From positions 25,048 through 89,047 of the forward strand of contig JAFYVJ010000076.1 of the NCBI GenBank assembly GCA_017549185.1: 64,000 bases of DNA, read 5' to 3'. The DNA comes from Roseburia sp. GTDB lineage: Bacteria; Bacillota; Clostridia; Lachnospirales; Lachnospiraceae. Below, piece after piece: positions 29,599 to 39,211 of the stretch (within the stretch, counting starts at the first letter, position 1; the number at the start of each line of letters is the position of its first letter). The notes under the pieces were generated by a model. The model saw nothing but the letters and a program-made list of their open reading frames with translations. It had not been told where the DNA came from and did no database searches. The position numbers and the translations under genes were made by a program.

Positions 29599-32172
29599 AT
29601 GAATTACGGAAAGAAAGGTGCCAAGAAACGAGCGGCAGAACTGACCTCAAAGTCTACTGTCATTAAAAAGAAACTGCACGTCACATTTTTCAAGGCATTG
29701 CTGTTATTATTTTTCGTCGTTGTAATTCTAGGCGGAAGCACAGCTTTTGGTGTATGGAAAGGAATTATTGACTCCGCTCCATCTATTGATGAATTAGATG
29801 CCACTCCAACCGGTTATCAGACCATCGTATTAGACGATGAGGGAAATAAAATTTCCACACTGGTTGCCAGCGGTTCGAACCGTAAATATGTGACTATTGA
29901 CAAAATCCCTCAGGATTTGCAAGATGCTTTTGTCGCATTAGAAGACTCTCGCTTTTATGAACACAATGGTATTGATTTAAAGGGTATTCTTCGTGCTGGT
30001 GTAACAGGTATCAAAAATGGTTTTAATTTCAATCAGGGTGCCAGTACAATTACCCAGCAGTTATTAAAGAATACCGTTTTATCTGAAGTATGGGCAGGTG
30101 AAGAATCTTTTATTGATAAAGTTGTCCGTAAACTTCAGGAACAGTATATGGCAATTGAACTGGAAAAGCAGGTTGATAAACCTTGGATTTTGGAAAATTA
30201 TTTAAATGCAATTAATCTTGGTCAGAATACCTTAGGTGTTGCAGTTGCATCAGAACGCTACTTCGGAAAACCGGTTTCTGAACTGACACTTTCAGAGTGT
30301 GCTGTCATTGCTGCAATTACACAAAATCCTTCCAAACTTAATCCTATCAGCTATCCGGAGAAAAATGCTGAACGTCGTGAAAAAACATTAACCGATATGT
30401 TAGAACAGGGTTATATCACACAGGAAGAATACGATGAAGCCATGGCAGATGATGTATATGCACGAATCCAGATTATTAATATTGAAACCGGTGAAACCGT
30501 TGTCAATTCTTATTTTATCGATGAACTGACAGATCAAGTTATTAGCGATTTAATTGAACAGAAGGGCTATACAGAATCACAGGCTTACAAAGCATTGTAT
30601 CAGGGTGGTCTTACTATCAAGTCCACACAGAACATGGCTATGCAGGCAATTTGTGACGAAGAAGTAAATAATTTAGCAAACTATCCGACAGACCCAAAAG
30701 TTTCCTTCTCTTATCGTCTCTCTATTCAAAAAGCAGACGGTACGATTAAGCATTATAGCGAACAGACTATGTTAAGCTATTACCAGAAAATCAAAGGAAA
30801 AAATTATAACATTAATTTCGACTCACAAGAAACAGCGCAGGAAGCCATCGACCAGTACAAATCTGATATTATGGAAGAAGGCGACGAAATTCTCGGTGGA
30901 GGTGAAATGGTTACTTTTACACTTCAGCCTCAAGTTGCTTTAACCCTTATGGATCAGACAACCGGTGAAGTAAAGGCTATCGTAGGTGGTCGTGGTGATA
31001 AAACTGCCAGCAAAACATTAAACCGTGCTTCTGATGTGGCTCGTCAACCTGGTTCTACGTTTAAAATCATTTCCTGCTATGCTGCTGCGTTAGATGCCGG
31101 AGGATTAACACTTGCTTCTGTACAGGATGATGCTCCATTTGCTTATTCCGGTGAAGAAGCACGTCTTGTTTCAAACTACGATAATCGTTATCGTGGTTTT
31201 ACAACATTGCGTGAAGCTATTATTTCTTCCCTTAATGTTGTAACTGTAAAAACTTATACACAGATTAGTCCTCGTTTGGGACATAGTTATACTATGGACT
31301 TTGGCTTCTCTACCATCCGTGCTGACGAAGCAGATAATCAGTCATTTTGTTTAGGTGGTCTGACAAATGGTGTCAGCAACCTCGAATTAACTGCTGCTTA
31401 TGCTACTATCGCAAACGAAGGTACTTATCAGAAACCAAGATTTTATACACAAATTTTAGACCACGACGGAAATGTTTTATTAGATAATTCTATTTCAGAA
31501 ACACATACTGTATTAAAAAAATCTACTGCCTGGTTATTAACAGACGCTATGCAGGATGTTATGACCTCTGGAACAGGTACCGCCGCATACTTTGGGAGTT
31601 CTATGCCACAGGCTGGTAAATCCGGCACCACAACAGATAACCGTGATGCCGTTTGGGCAGGATACACACCTTATTATACCTGTGTTGTTTGGGGTGGCTA
31701 TGATGATAACGCAAAACAGAACGGTAAGCAAGTTGCTTATCCTAAGAAAATTTGGAAAGCTGTTATGAGTCGACTACATGAAGATTTAGAGAAAAAAGAC
31801 TTCACAAAACCGGATGACGTCATTCAAGTAGCCGTTTGTAAAGAATCCGGTCTTTTGCCAATCCCTGGTGTCTGCGACGCAGACCCTCGAGGAAGTGCTG
31901 TAATTTCTGAATATTTTGCATTAGGTACTGAACCGACAGAACAGTGTAATCACCATATTCTTGCAAGCTACTGCAATGCTTCCGGTTACGTTGCAGGTCC
32001 ATATTGTGGATGGGGTACTGATGGCGTTGCTATTATAGGTGGTTCTATTGAATCAGAAGATGCACCATATTTATATGGTTATCCTTGTCCGGTTCACGAA
32101 TGGGACAATCCTCTCTACACAGGGGAATATTCTTATCCTGTTGTTCCCGGTACCAATACCACAACACCATAG
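29599..32172 (+). CDS. Class A penicillin-binding protein (PBP1A)
   Basis: EDSRFYEHNG and GASTITQQL transglycosylase motifs; STFK, SLN and KSG transpeptidase motifs. Confidence 0.95.
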   Translation: MNYGKKGAKKRAAELTSKSTVIKKKLHVTFFKALLLLFFVVVILGGSTAFGVWKGIIDSAPSIDELDATPTGYQTIVLDDEGNKISTLVASGSNRKYVTIDKIPQDLQDAFVALEDSRFYEHNGIDLKGILRAGVTGIKNGFNFNQGASTITQQLLKNTVLSEVWAGEESFIDKVVRKLQEQYMAIELEKQVDKPWILENYLNAINLGQNTLGVAVASERYFGKPVSELTLSECAVIAAITQNPSKLNPISYPEKNAERREKTLTDMLEQGYITQEEYDEAMADDVYARIQIINIETGETVVNSYFIDELTDQVISDLIEQKGYTESQAYKALYQGGLTIKSTQNMAMQAICDEEVNNLANYPTDPKVSFSYRLSIQKADGTIKHYSEQTMLSYYQKIKGKNYNINFDSQETAQEAIDQYKSDIMEEGDEILGGGEMVTFTLQPQVALTLMDQTTGEVKAIVGGRGDKTASKTLNRASDVARQPGSTFKIISCYAAALDAGGLTLASVQDDAPFAYSGEEARLVSNYDNRYRGFTTLREAIISSLNVVTVKTYTQISPRLGHSYTMDFGFSTIRADEADNQSFCLGGLTNGVSNLELTAAYATIANEGTYQKPRFYTQILDHDGNVLLDNSISETHTVLKKSTAWLLTDAMQDVMTSGTGTAAYFGSSMPQAGKSGTTTDNRDAVWAGYTPYYTCVVWGGYDDNAKQNGKQVAYPKKIWKAVMSRLHEDLEKKDFTKPDDVIQVAVCKESGLLPIPGVCDADPRGSAVISEYFALGTEPTEQCNHHILASYCNASGYVAGPYCGWGTDGVAIIGGSIESEDAPYLYGYPCPVHEWDNPLYTGEYSYPVVPGTNTTTP

Positions 32173-32188
32173 AATAATTATGAAGTTT

Positions 32189-32227
32189 AAAAAGCGGATA
32201 TCGCAAAAATGCGACATCCGCTTTTTT
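32189..32227 (+). terminator. Rho-independent terminator after PBP1A
   Basis: AAAAAGCGGAT.TCGCA...TGCGA.ATCCGCTTTTTT. Confidence 0.8.
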
Positions 32228-32325
32228 CACATTCAAAATCGTGTTCACACTTTGTTCATTTAATGTTTTAAAATCCTTCATCAAGCAAACACGATTTTGT
32301 CATTTCTATTACATATAATAATCTT

Positions 32326-32418
32326 ATCAAATAAGTCAGTTACAAGTATTTGATTACTTTTTTAAATAAACTTTTTCATAATTTGCCAGATGGATTTCCA
32401 TCTGGCATCCTCCCATTT
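32326..32418 (+). ncRNA. Candidate sRNA A (hairpin - TTTTCATAA - GC hairpin - TCCTCCC)
   Basis: TATAAT at 32314; 5' stem ATCAAATA/TATTTGAT; 3' stem TGCCAGATGG/CCATCTGGCA; architecture shared with 52560-52651. Confidence 0.4.
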
Positions 32419-32531
32419 ATGGGGTAATTTTTGAGCTTTCATTTGGGATTTGAATATATATGAAAACAAAATTAGCAAGGCTCTTCTTATGTTTTAATAT
32501 ATTTTAAAAAATAAAAGTACTACAAAATTTT

Positions 32532-34652
32532 TTACACCTCAAAAATAAGGTCTCCGTATGATGGCATTGGCCACATAGACTTATCTACAAGCATTTCAAG
32601 TTTGTCAACCGGAGCTCTAAGTGCTTCCATCGCACTTGTGACCTCATCACGATAATAAACAGCCTGCTCTCTACCTTGTGGTACTGTAGCCGCAACTTTT
32701 GTCACTTCTTCAAGTTTCACCAATGCTTTTTTGGTATCCGCTAAAAGCGTAGATACTTCCATAAGCATATCTGTCTGCACGCTAACGTCTGCACCACAAG
32801 CCGCTCTTACTTCATTGATAGATTTTGCAAGAACCGTAGTATAACGAATAACAGCTGGAATAATCTGTTTTGTAGCAATGTCTATCATCGCTTTTGCTTC
32901 AATATTAATCTCTTTTGAGTATAATTCGTATTCGATTTCCACACGGGAATCCAATTCAGATTTTGTGAATACACCGAATTTTTCAAATAAAGCTACTGCT
33001 TTTGGTGTATTTAACGCCGGAATGGCATCTACCATTGTCCTCATATTTGGAAGACCGCGACGTTCTGCTTCTTTTACCCATTCTTCAGAATAACCATCAC
33101 CGTTAAATACAATTCGCTGATGTTCTGTAGCATATTTTTTAATTAAATCATGTACTGCCAAATCAAAATTAGACGAAGCTTCTAATTCATCACAAGCCTC
33201 TTTAAAAGCCTCTGCAACAATTGTATTTAATACAACATTTGGCTGAGCAACGGAGTCCATCGCTCCTACCATACGAAACTCAAATTTATTACCAGTAAAG
33301 GCAAATGGAGATGTTCTGTTACGGTCTGCTGCATCCATCATAAAGTCCGGAATTGCTTTTACACCAGTTTCTAATTTCTGTCCCTTTAAACTATGTGTAG
33401 CAGAGCCTGTACTAATCAACTGTGTAAGTACATCTTCCAACTGCTCGCCTAAGAATACAGAGATAATCGCAGGTGGTGCTTCATTTGCACCTAAACGGTG
33501 ATCATTTCCCACGTCCGCTGCCGCTTCACGTAATAAATCTGCATGTATATCTACTGCTTTCAATATACAAGTCAGTACTAATAAAAACTGAATATTATCG
33601 TGCGGCGTCTTACCCGGATCTAATAAATTAATTCCATCATCGGTAGTAATCGACCAGTTATCATGCTTACCAGAACCATTTACACCTGCAAATGGTTTTT
33701 CATGGAGCAAACAATGTAAGCCATGACGACCTGCCACTTTTTTCAAAGTTTCCATAATTAACTGATTATGGTCTACTGCAATATTCGCAGGTGCATAAAT
33801 TGGTGCTAACTCATGCTGTGCCGGTGCTGCTTCGTTGTGCTGTGTCTTGGCAGATACCCCAAGCTTCCACAACTCTACATTCACATCACGCATATATGCC
33901 GCAATACGCTCACGGATACTTCCAAAATAATGGTCGTCCATCTCCTGACCTTTTGGAGGCATAGCACCAAATAAGGTACGCCCTGTAAAAATCAAATCTT
34001 TTCTCTGTAAATATTTCTCTCTATCAACTAAAAAGTACTCCTGCTCCGGACCAACGGATGGTGTAACTCTCTTAGAAGTCGTATTTCCAAACAATCGAAG
34101 CAGACGAAGTGCCTGTTCATTAATGGCTTCCATAGAACGAAGCAATGGTGTCTTTTGGTCTAATGCTTCACCTGTATATGAACAGAATGCGGTTGGAATA
34201 CACAATGTCGCACCTGCAGCATCCTGTCTTACAAATGCCGGTGAAGTACAGTCCCATGCCGTATATCCTCTTGCTTCAAAAGTCGCACGTAAACCACCTG
34301 ACGGAAAAGAAGATGCATCAGATTCCCCCTTGATTAACTCCTTACCGGAAAAACTAAGCAAAACCTTACCATTTTCCATTGGTGCGGTAATAAATGCATC
34401 ATGTTTTTCTGCGGTAACACCTGTAAGTGGCTGGAACCAATGTGTATAATGTGTCGCACCTTTTTCAATTGCCCATTCTTTCATTTCATGTGCAACTACA
34501 TCAGCTGTCTCTAAATCTAGTTCACGTCCCTCTTCCATTACCTCATGAAGCTTTTTATAAACTTTCTTCGGTAAGCGAGCCTGCATAACAGAATCATTAA
34601 ATACGTTCTCTCCAAAATAATCCGCTACATTGCAATACTCTTTTTCAGTCAT
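32532..34652 (-). CDS. glnN: Glutamine synthetase type III
   Basis: [78 protein letters not shown]. Confidence 0.93.
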   Translation of the reverse strand: MTEKEYCNVADYFGENVFNDSVMQARLPKKVYKKLHEVMEEGRELDLETADVVAHEMKEWAIEKGATHYTHWFQPLTGVTAEKHDAFITAPMENGKVLLSFSGKELIKGESDASSFPSGGLRATFEARGYTAWDCTSPAFVRQDAAGATLCIPTAFCSYTGEALDQKTPLLRSMEAINEQALRLLRLFGNTTSKRVTPSVGPEQEYFLVDREKYLQRKDLIFTGRTLFGAMPPKGQEMDDHYFGSIRERIAAYMRDVNVELWKLGVSAKTQHNEAAPAQHELAPIYAPANIAVDHNQLIMETLKKVAGRHGLHCLLHEKPFAGVNGSGKHDNWSITTDDGINLLDPGKTPHDNIQFLLVLTCILKAVDIHADLLREAAADVGNDHRLGANEAPPAIISVFLGEQLEDVLTQLISTGSATHSLKGQKLETGVKAIPDFMMDAADRNRTSPFAFTGNKFEFRMVGAMDSVAQPNVVLNTIVAEAFKEACDELEASSNFDLAVHDLIKKYATEHQRIVFNGDGYSEEWVKEAERRGLPNMRTMVDAIPALNTPKAVALFEKFGVFTKSELDSRVEIEYELYSKEINIEAKAMIDIATKQIIPAVIRYTTVLAKSINEVRAACGADVSVQTDMLMEVSTLLADTKKALVKLEEVTKVAATVPQGREQAVYYRDEVTSAMEALRAPVDKLEMLVDKSMWPMPSYGDLIFEV

Positions 34653-34796
34653 CCTGCTTGTCCTTCCTTTTCCAAAACTACTTTATCTAACGATTATCTT
34701 AACCTATTAATAATTTCTATATTACTTCTTATCTATTTATCTTGTCAACTAATAAGTTGTAAATAGATTTATTAATTTTTCTTATACTTATTAAAT

Positions 34797-34840
34797 AAAA
34801 AATACAAGGTATCTCTATTTCATGACATACCTTGTATATT
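34797..34840 (-). terminator. Terminator closing the islet operon
   Basis: TACAAGGTAT...ATACCTTGTA stem with a U-tract on the minus strand. Confidence 0.65.
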
Positions 34841-34868
34841 ATGTATAATTATCTCTATGCTACCTATT

Positions 34869-35104
34869 TCAAATTCCACAAGACATCAGCTCTAAAATAA
34901 CTGCTACTACTATAACTCCCATTATTATTTTGCTCTTTAATTTCATCTTATATTGCGGACACTTTTCACCGTTCATTTCACCTGACATAATGGTTTTTCT
35001 GTACATTGCACAATATAAACCATTTTCATCATTATACCCAAATTCACAACTTTCACAATTAGACTCAAAACACCCTGCTGGAATCTCAATATACTTTTTT
35101 TCAT
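34869..35104 (-). pseudogene. Cys4 microprotein with C-terminal membrane anchor, out of frame at an A7 tract (frameshifted or phase-variable)
   Basis: RBS AAGGAG, then ATG followed by AAAAAAAG. The -1 frame reads KKYIEIPAGCFESNCESCEFGYNDENGLYCAMYRKTIMSGEMNGEKCPQYKMKLKSKIIMGVIVVAVILELMSCGI*, a clear paralog of 36237-36413. Confidence 0.7.
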
Positions 35105-35135
35105 AACTTTTTTCTCCTTTATTCTTTTGATAAAT

Positions 35136-35579
35136 TCATGTACTCAATTTTTCTTTATATATCTCTATTTCCTCTTTTTTAATTAAAAGTTCACCCCGAA
35201 AATCAATTTGAGCAACATATGACACCATTTCTCTATCCGGCTGAACTATAATGGGAAATGATAACCGTGTTACTGTATCAGGCATTGCTCTTAATATCTT
35301 TTCTATATAGAATACATCACCTTTTGATAATGTTCTTGCATTACCAAAGTGGACATGGAATATTCCCATAAAATCTAATTCCTTATCTATCCACGATGCA
35401 ATCACTTCATTTAAATGTTCCACGTTTGGATAATATACGCATCCGCTTCCTGCATATCCCTCATCATACTCCCAAACAGTAACTACACCATTTTTTCCTC
35501 CTATAATACCACCTTTCTCTGGCGGTATTGTTGGCACTTTTTGTAATATACTTTCTAATATGTCCTGATATATTTTCAT
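35136..35579 (-). CDS. JAB/MPN+ (JAMM) metalloprotease-domain protein
   Basis: PPEKGGIIGG (catalytic Glu) and GIFHVHFGNARTLSKGD, matching H-x-H-x7-S-x2-D. Confidence 0.82.
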   Translation of the reverse strand: MKIYQDILESILQKVPTIPPEKGGIIGGKNGVVTVWEYDEGYAGSGCVYYPNVEHLNEVIASWIDKELDFMGIFHVHFGNARTLSKGDVFYIEKILRAMPDTVTRLSFPIIVQPDREMVSYVAQIDFRGELLIKKEEIEIYKEKLST

Positions 35580-35621
35580 TCAAAACTTCTCCACTAATTT
35601 TAAATTCCATATATAGCAAAT

Positions 35622-36143
35622 TTAATCATTATTGTCTAACCATGCCACAAATTTATCTAAAACATACTTTACTTTCATATTAATTTGATTATGATTTTTT
35701 AATTTTTTTGCCACGTTAGGACTCAATGCGTAATATATCTTAATAAACAATCTTCCAAAAAAATTTTTCTTCAAAACCTCATCTCGAAATTTTCTTAATA
35801 CCAAAACCTGTGGTTGCTCATATCCACCATAGACCGCTGTAGCAATATAGCACCCTTCATTACTCTTCTGTGTGCATCGTTTTTTAGCAGTTTCCAATTT
35901 TCTATTTCTTCTCTCTTTATCTTTTTCTTCTAAATTAAATGCCCAATATGTACTAAACGCAAATGCATTACAAGTATCATCCTCCTCAGTATTCATATTC
36001 CATTTATTACACCTTCTTATTTCTGCATTTCCATCTATTCCTTCACTATATGTGCAATTAAAACACTGTTTTCTATTATCATCATTATTATTTCCATAAT
36101 AATTCTTCTTGTATCCAATATTTCTTAATTGACTTTGTTCCAT
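35622..36143 (-). CDS. Cys4-domain protein with C-terminal CFI-box-CTERM domain
   Basis: N-terminal CFNC-x14-C-x12-C; C-terminal GCYIATAVYG...PQVLVLRKFRDEVL...GRLFIKIYYALSP. Confidence 0.82.
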   Translation of the reverse strand: MEQSQLRNIGYKKNYYGNNNDDNRKQCFNCTYSEGIDGNAEIRRCNKWNMNTEEDDTCNAFAFSTYWAFNLEEKDKERRNRKLETAKKRCTQKSNEGCYIATAVYGGYEQPQVLVLRKFRDEVLKKNFFGRLFIKIYYALSPNVAKKLKNHNQINMKVKYVLDKFVAWLDNND

Positions 36144-36236
36144 ATTCGATTTTCATTCTCCTTTATTTCATTCCACTAAAATTCCATTTTATTCATATTA
36201 TTTTCCGACAGAATGTGGATAAAATATCTTTATTTA

Positions 36237-36413
36237 TTATTTTCTTTCATGATAAAAACAACCATTTCTATCCTCTGGTCTATTATATCCGCCATATCCA
36301 CCTTCGCAACGAACCCTTCCATAATCATCACGATCTCTAAAATTTGCATATATACAATCTGAACAATTTCCTTCAAATACTCCATCCGGAATTAAGATTC
36401 TTTTATCACCCAT
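36237..36413 (-). CDS. 58-aa Cys4 microprotein (hypothetical)
   Basis: RBS GAGG; MGDKRILIPDGVFEGNCSDCIYANFRDRDDYGRVRCEGGYGGYNRPEDRNGCFYHERK*; below the ORF-track length cutoff; paralogous to 34869-35104. Confidence 0.75.
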   Translation of the reverse strand: MGDKRILIPDGVFEGNCSDCIYANFRDRDDYGRVRCEGGYGGYNRPEDRNGCFYHERK

Positions 36414-36721
36414 CACTTATTTCCTCACTTTCATTTTCATTTATTAAATTATCTACCAATTCTGCCGGATAATAATTTTCCTGAAATATTATTTTTCCTT
36501 GCATTTTTACAATTTCTATATAATGACATTATTATGTATTGCTCTCATTATAACACATATTGTGTATATTGCAATTCGTTTTGTTTGTTTTTTCTTTAAT
36601 CAGCAATATTAAAAGTATTATAAATAAGAAATATACTTATCATAATTAGTGTTTAAGACTATTTTTGTGCCAAAATTATGTAGCAACTTATATTTCTAAT
36701 TATGGAGAAAATGGATTTTTT

Positions 36722-37057
36722 ATGAAACTTGGTGATAATTTAAAAGAATTATTAGAACAACACGATATGACACAAAAACAATTAGCACTGGAACTAGATA
36801 TTACTCCCGCTGCTCTCGGCAACTACATTCGTAATATACGAGAACCGGATTATATAACGCTTATACGTATTGCTGACTATTTTCATGTTTCTACAGATTT
36901 TCTACTTAGTCACAAAAATAATTCTCCAATTACCTCTGACGAAGAAATGCTTCTGCGTGTTTTCCGTTCTCTATCCGCAGATCAAAAAGAAATTTTTATA
37001 GAACAAGGAAAAGTATTTACAAGACAAAACAATAAAAAATTATTAACCAATACTTAA
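36722..37057 (+). CDS. XRE family HTH transcriptional regulator
   Basis: MKLGDNLKELLEQHDMTQKQLALELDITPAALGNYIRNIREPDYITLIRIADYFHVSTDFLL; divergent from the islet operon. Confidence 0.9.
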   Translation: MKLGDNLKELLEQHDMTQKQLALELDITPAALGNYIRNIREPDYITLIRIADYFHVSTDFLLSHKNNSPITSDEEMLLRVFRSLSADQKEIFIEQGKVFTRQNNKKLLTNT

Positions 37058-37102
37058 AAGATAGGTTACTGTTATAAATTAGTTTTTTACTACTACAAAA
37101 AG

Positions 37103-37194
37103 GCTGTCGCACTAAGAAAAAAGACAGCAAGATATAGATTCCAACTCCTACTAATTTTGCTATATCTTGCATCAAATTTTCTTAATGCGACAGC
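37103..37194. repeat. Nested inverted-repeat element between convergent genes
   Basis: Outer GCTGTCGCACTAAGAAAA/TTTTCTTAATGCGACAGC, inner GCAAGATATAG/CTATATCTTGC. Confidence 0.7.
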
Positions 37195-37249
37195 TATTTC
37201 TTACATCATATATCATTTTTTAACAAGCCATTTTGATAAAAACATCACT

Positions 37250-39211
37250 TTATTTTAAAATTTCCGTTTCATCATCTTCTATACCAAGGTAATCCTGTGC
37301 TGCCTGATAATACAGATACATTGCCCGCATTAAACTTGTAAGACTTTCATCAACCCCATTCCGGCTAAGTGCAATATATGCGTAACTAAGTGGACTATAA
37401 GTTATAGCAATATCTCCCACTGTTGTCACAAGTTCATCACCAAGTTGATGTGCCGGAATTCCTTCCGAATCAAGATAATACAAGTCACCTTTCTTTACAG
37501 AACCTTCTACCTCCTCTGTAAAGTAGTGTCTGATAATAGTATTAGATTTTAATAATAAACTTGAACCCTGATAAATACTGTCTTTTCCTTCAAGAATTGT
37601 AGCTTGATACTTTTCTAAGGTATCTGATGTTACTTTCTCCATTTCAACCGTTGCATCTAGTTTTCCACCCGCAAAGTATGCAGCTGCATAATCACCAAAA
37701 TCACTCATAGCATCGACAAGTGCAATTTCTTTTTCAGAATAGCCTCCATTGCCACTTACAATGTAGTCTGCGTAATCTTTCACTGCATAAGTATATACTG
37801 TACCTTTTCGTTCTTCATCTAAGACTATTTGTGCTGTAATCTCCGTCTCCATATCTTTTACCGGAACACCACATTTAAACACATAGCATTTCGTACCATC
37901 TACAGTTGTCTGCTCTGCATCTTTCACATAAACTTTCATATTTTCCTTACCGTCTAAGGTAAAGTTCATGTATGCCCCTGCATTCTTAATCACTTCCTCG
38001 CCCAACTGCATATAGAAATTCACACCAATTGTTCCCCCAAAACTCAGAGAATAGCCCATCAAATTCTCTTCGACCTCTTTATTCTCTGGAGACGGTTCCT
38101 CAAATGCAATTCCATTTTCTTTTGCATATGTATCTGCTGGTGAACCACTTTGAGCAATAATGGTAAATTTACTTTTATCTACATTGGCAAATGCACTTTC
38201 TCCAATCGCTGCATTTCCATATACCTCAATACTGTCTTTTCCTTTCGGAATACTCAACAACTGTGTTTTTCCGCTGTCATAGATTGCTCCGTCATAAGAA
38301 GAGAAATAACTATTCCCATCTTCCACATAAAGATTCTTCAGATTCTCAGCACGAAAAGCTTCCTTATAGTCAAATGAACGAGTAGCTTTTGGCAACGTAA
38401 ATTCTGTTGCCTCGCTGGAATATGGATATACAATCATCTGCTGGTAATCCGCCGTAAACAGTGCTCCTTCATGAGATGCATAGGTAGGATTCCCTTCTGC
38501 CACAGTAATCTGTTTCATCTTAGTATAACTTTTCAATGTACTTTCATCTATCTGCGTAATATTCGCATTAATCTTTAATTCTTCTATATTGGACTGAGCA
38601 TTGAACAATGTATAGGACAATGAAGTAATTGGATATCCCATATAAGAATCCGGAATCTCTACATTACTCCCACTTGCAGCCATCACAGCCAGTCCATGAT
38701 AATATCCTAATTGTAAATCATCACAATACCATGTCACATCTTTTATTTCTTTTATTTTATGAGTATTAGGCATATTTGCCTCATTAAAGTACCCTTTTGC
38801 AGTTGCATCTGCATACACCCATTGCCCGTCTATACATACAGCATTCCACTGATGTGGAAGATAATCATACAAATAACCAACTACTGCTGCTGCCGGAATT
38901 CCTGCCAGGTTCATCATTTCTTTGATTAAATTAGAAAAACCTCCACATACCGCCTGCTTGTCCTTAAACACATCGTATGGATTGGCAGAAATATCCACAT
39001 ACGGATTCGATTCATATCTTACATTTTCAGCAACCCAGTTATAAATAGCTTCCGCCCGTTTATAATCTCCTTCTAAACCTTTTGTCACTTCACCGATGAC
39101 AGCCAGCATCTCTGCTGCTTGTGTTCCTGAAGTAGTAACATTAATCAGATCTGCCGGATCACATAAAGCTAAAAACTCCAAATCTCCCATAACTGTAGCC
39201 TGTGTTTTCAA
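37250..39211 (-). CDS. Transglutaminase-like + BspA-type LRR surface protein, 5' end apparently damaged
   Basis: IYNWVAENVRY, AVCGGFS, HQWNAV...W...DAT (Cys-His-Asp triad); GN..Y.S.DG.L/IY LRR-associated repeats; the ATG after the RBS is out of frame. Confidence 0.75.
   Translation of the reverse strand: MKTQATVMGDLEFLALCDPADLINVTTSGTQAAEMLAVIGEVTKGLEGDYKRAEAIYNWVAENVRYESNPYVDISANPYDVFKDKQAVCGGFSNLIKEMMNLAGIPAAAVVGYLYDYLPHQWNAVCIDGQWVYADATAKGYFNEANMPNTHKIKEIKDVTWYCDDLQLGYYHGLAVMAASGSNVEIPDSYMGYPITSLSYTLFNAQSNIEELKINANITQIDESTLKSYTKMKQITVAEGNPTYASHEGALFTADYQQMIVYPYSSEATEFTLPKATRSFDYKEAFRAENLKNLYVEDGNSYFSSYDGAIYDSGKTQLLSIPKGKDSIEVYGNAAIGESAFANVDKSKFTIIAQSGSPADTYAKENGIAFEEPSPENKEVEENLMGYSLSFGGTIGVNFYMQLGEEVIKNAGAYMNFTLDGKENMKVYVKDAEQTTVDGTKCYVFKCGVPVKDMETEITAQIVLDEERKGTVYTYAVKDYADYIVSGNGGYSEKEIALVDAMSDFGDYAAAYFAGGKLDATVEMEKVTSDTLEKYQATILEGKDSIYQGSSLLLKSNTIIRHYFTEEVEGSVKKGDLYYLDSEGIPAHQLGDELVTTVGDIAITYSPLSYAYIALSRNGVDESLTSLMRAMYLYYQAAQDYLGIEDDETEILK

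Noticed and set aside
34869-35579. TGA read-through (for example selenocysteine) fusing the JAB protein to the downstream Cys4 frame, which is in the same reading frame
   Set aside because: The downstream gene has its own RBS and ATG, and its paralog starts at the equivalent position. A one-base change in the A-tract explains it more simply. No SECIS-like hairpin is evident in the A-rich sequence after the TGA.
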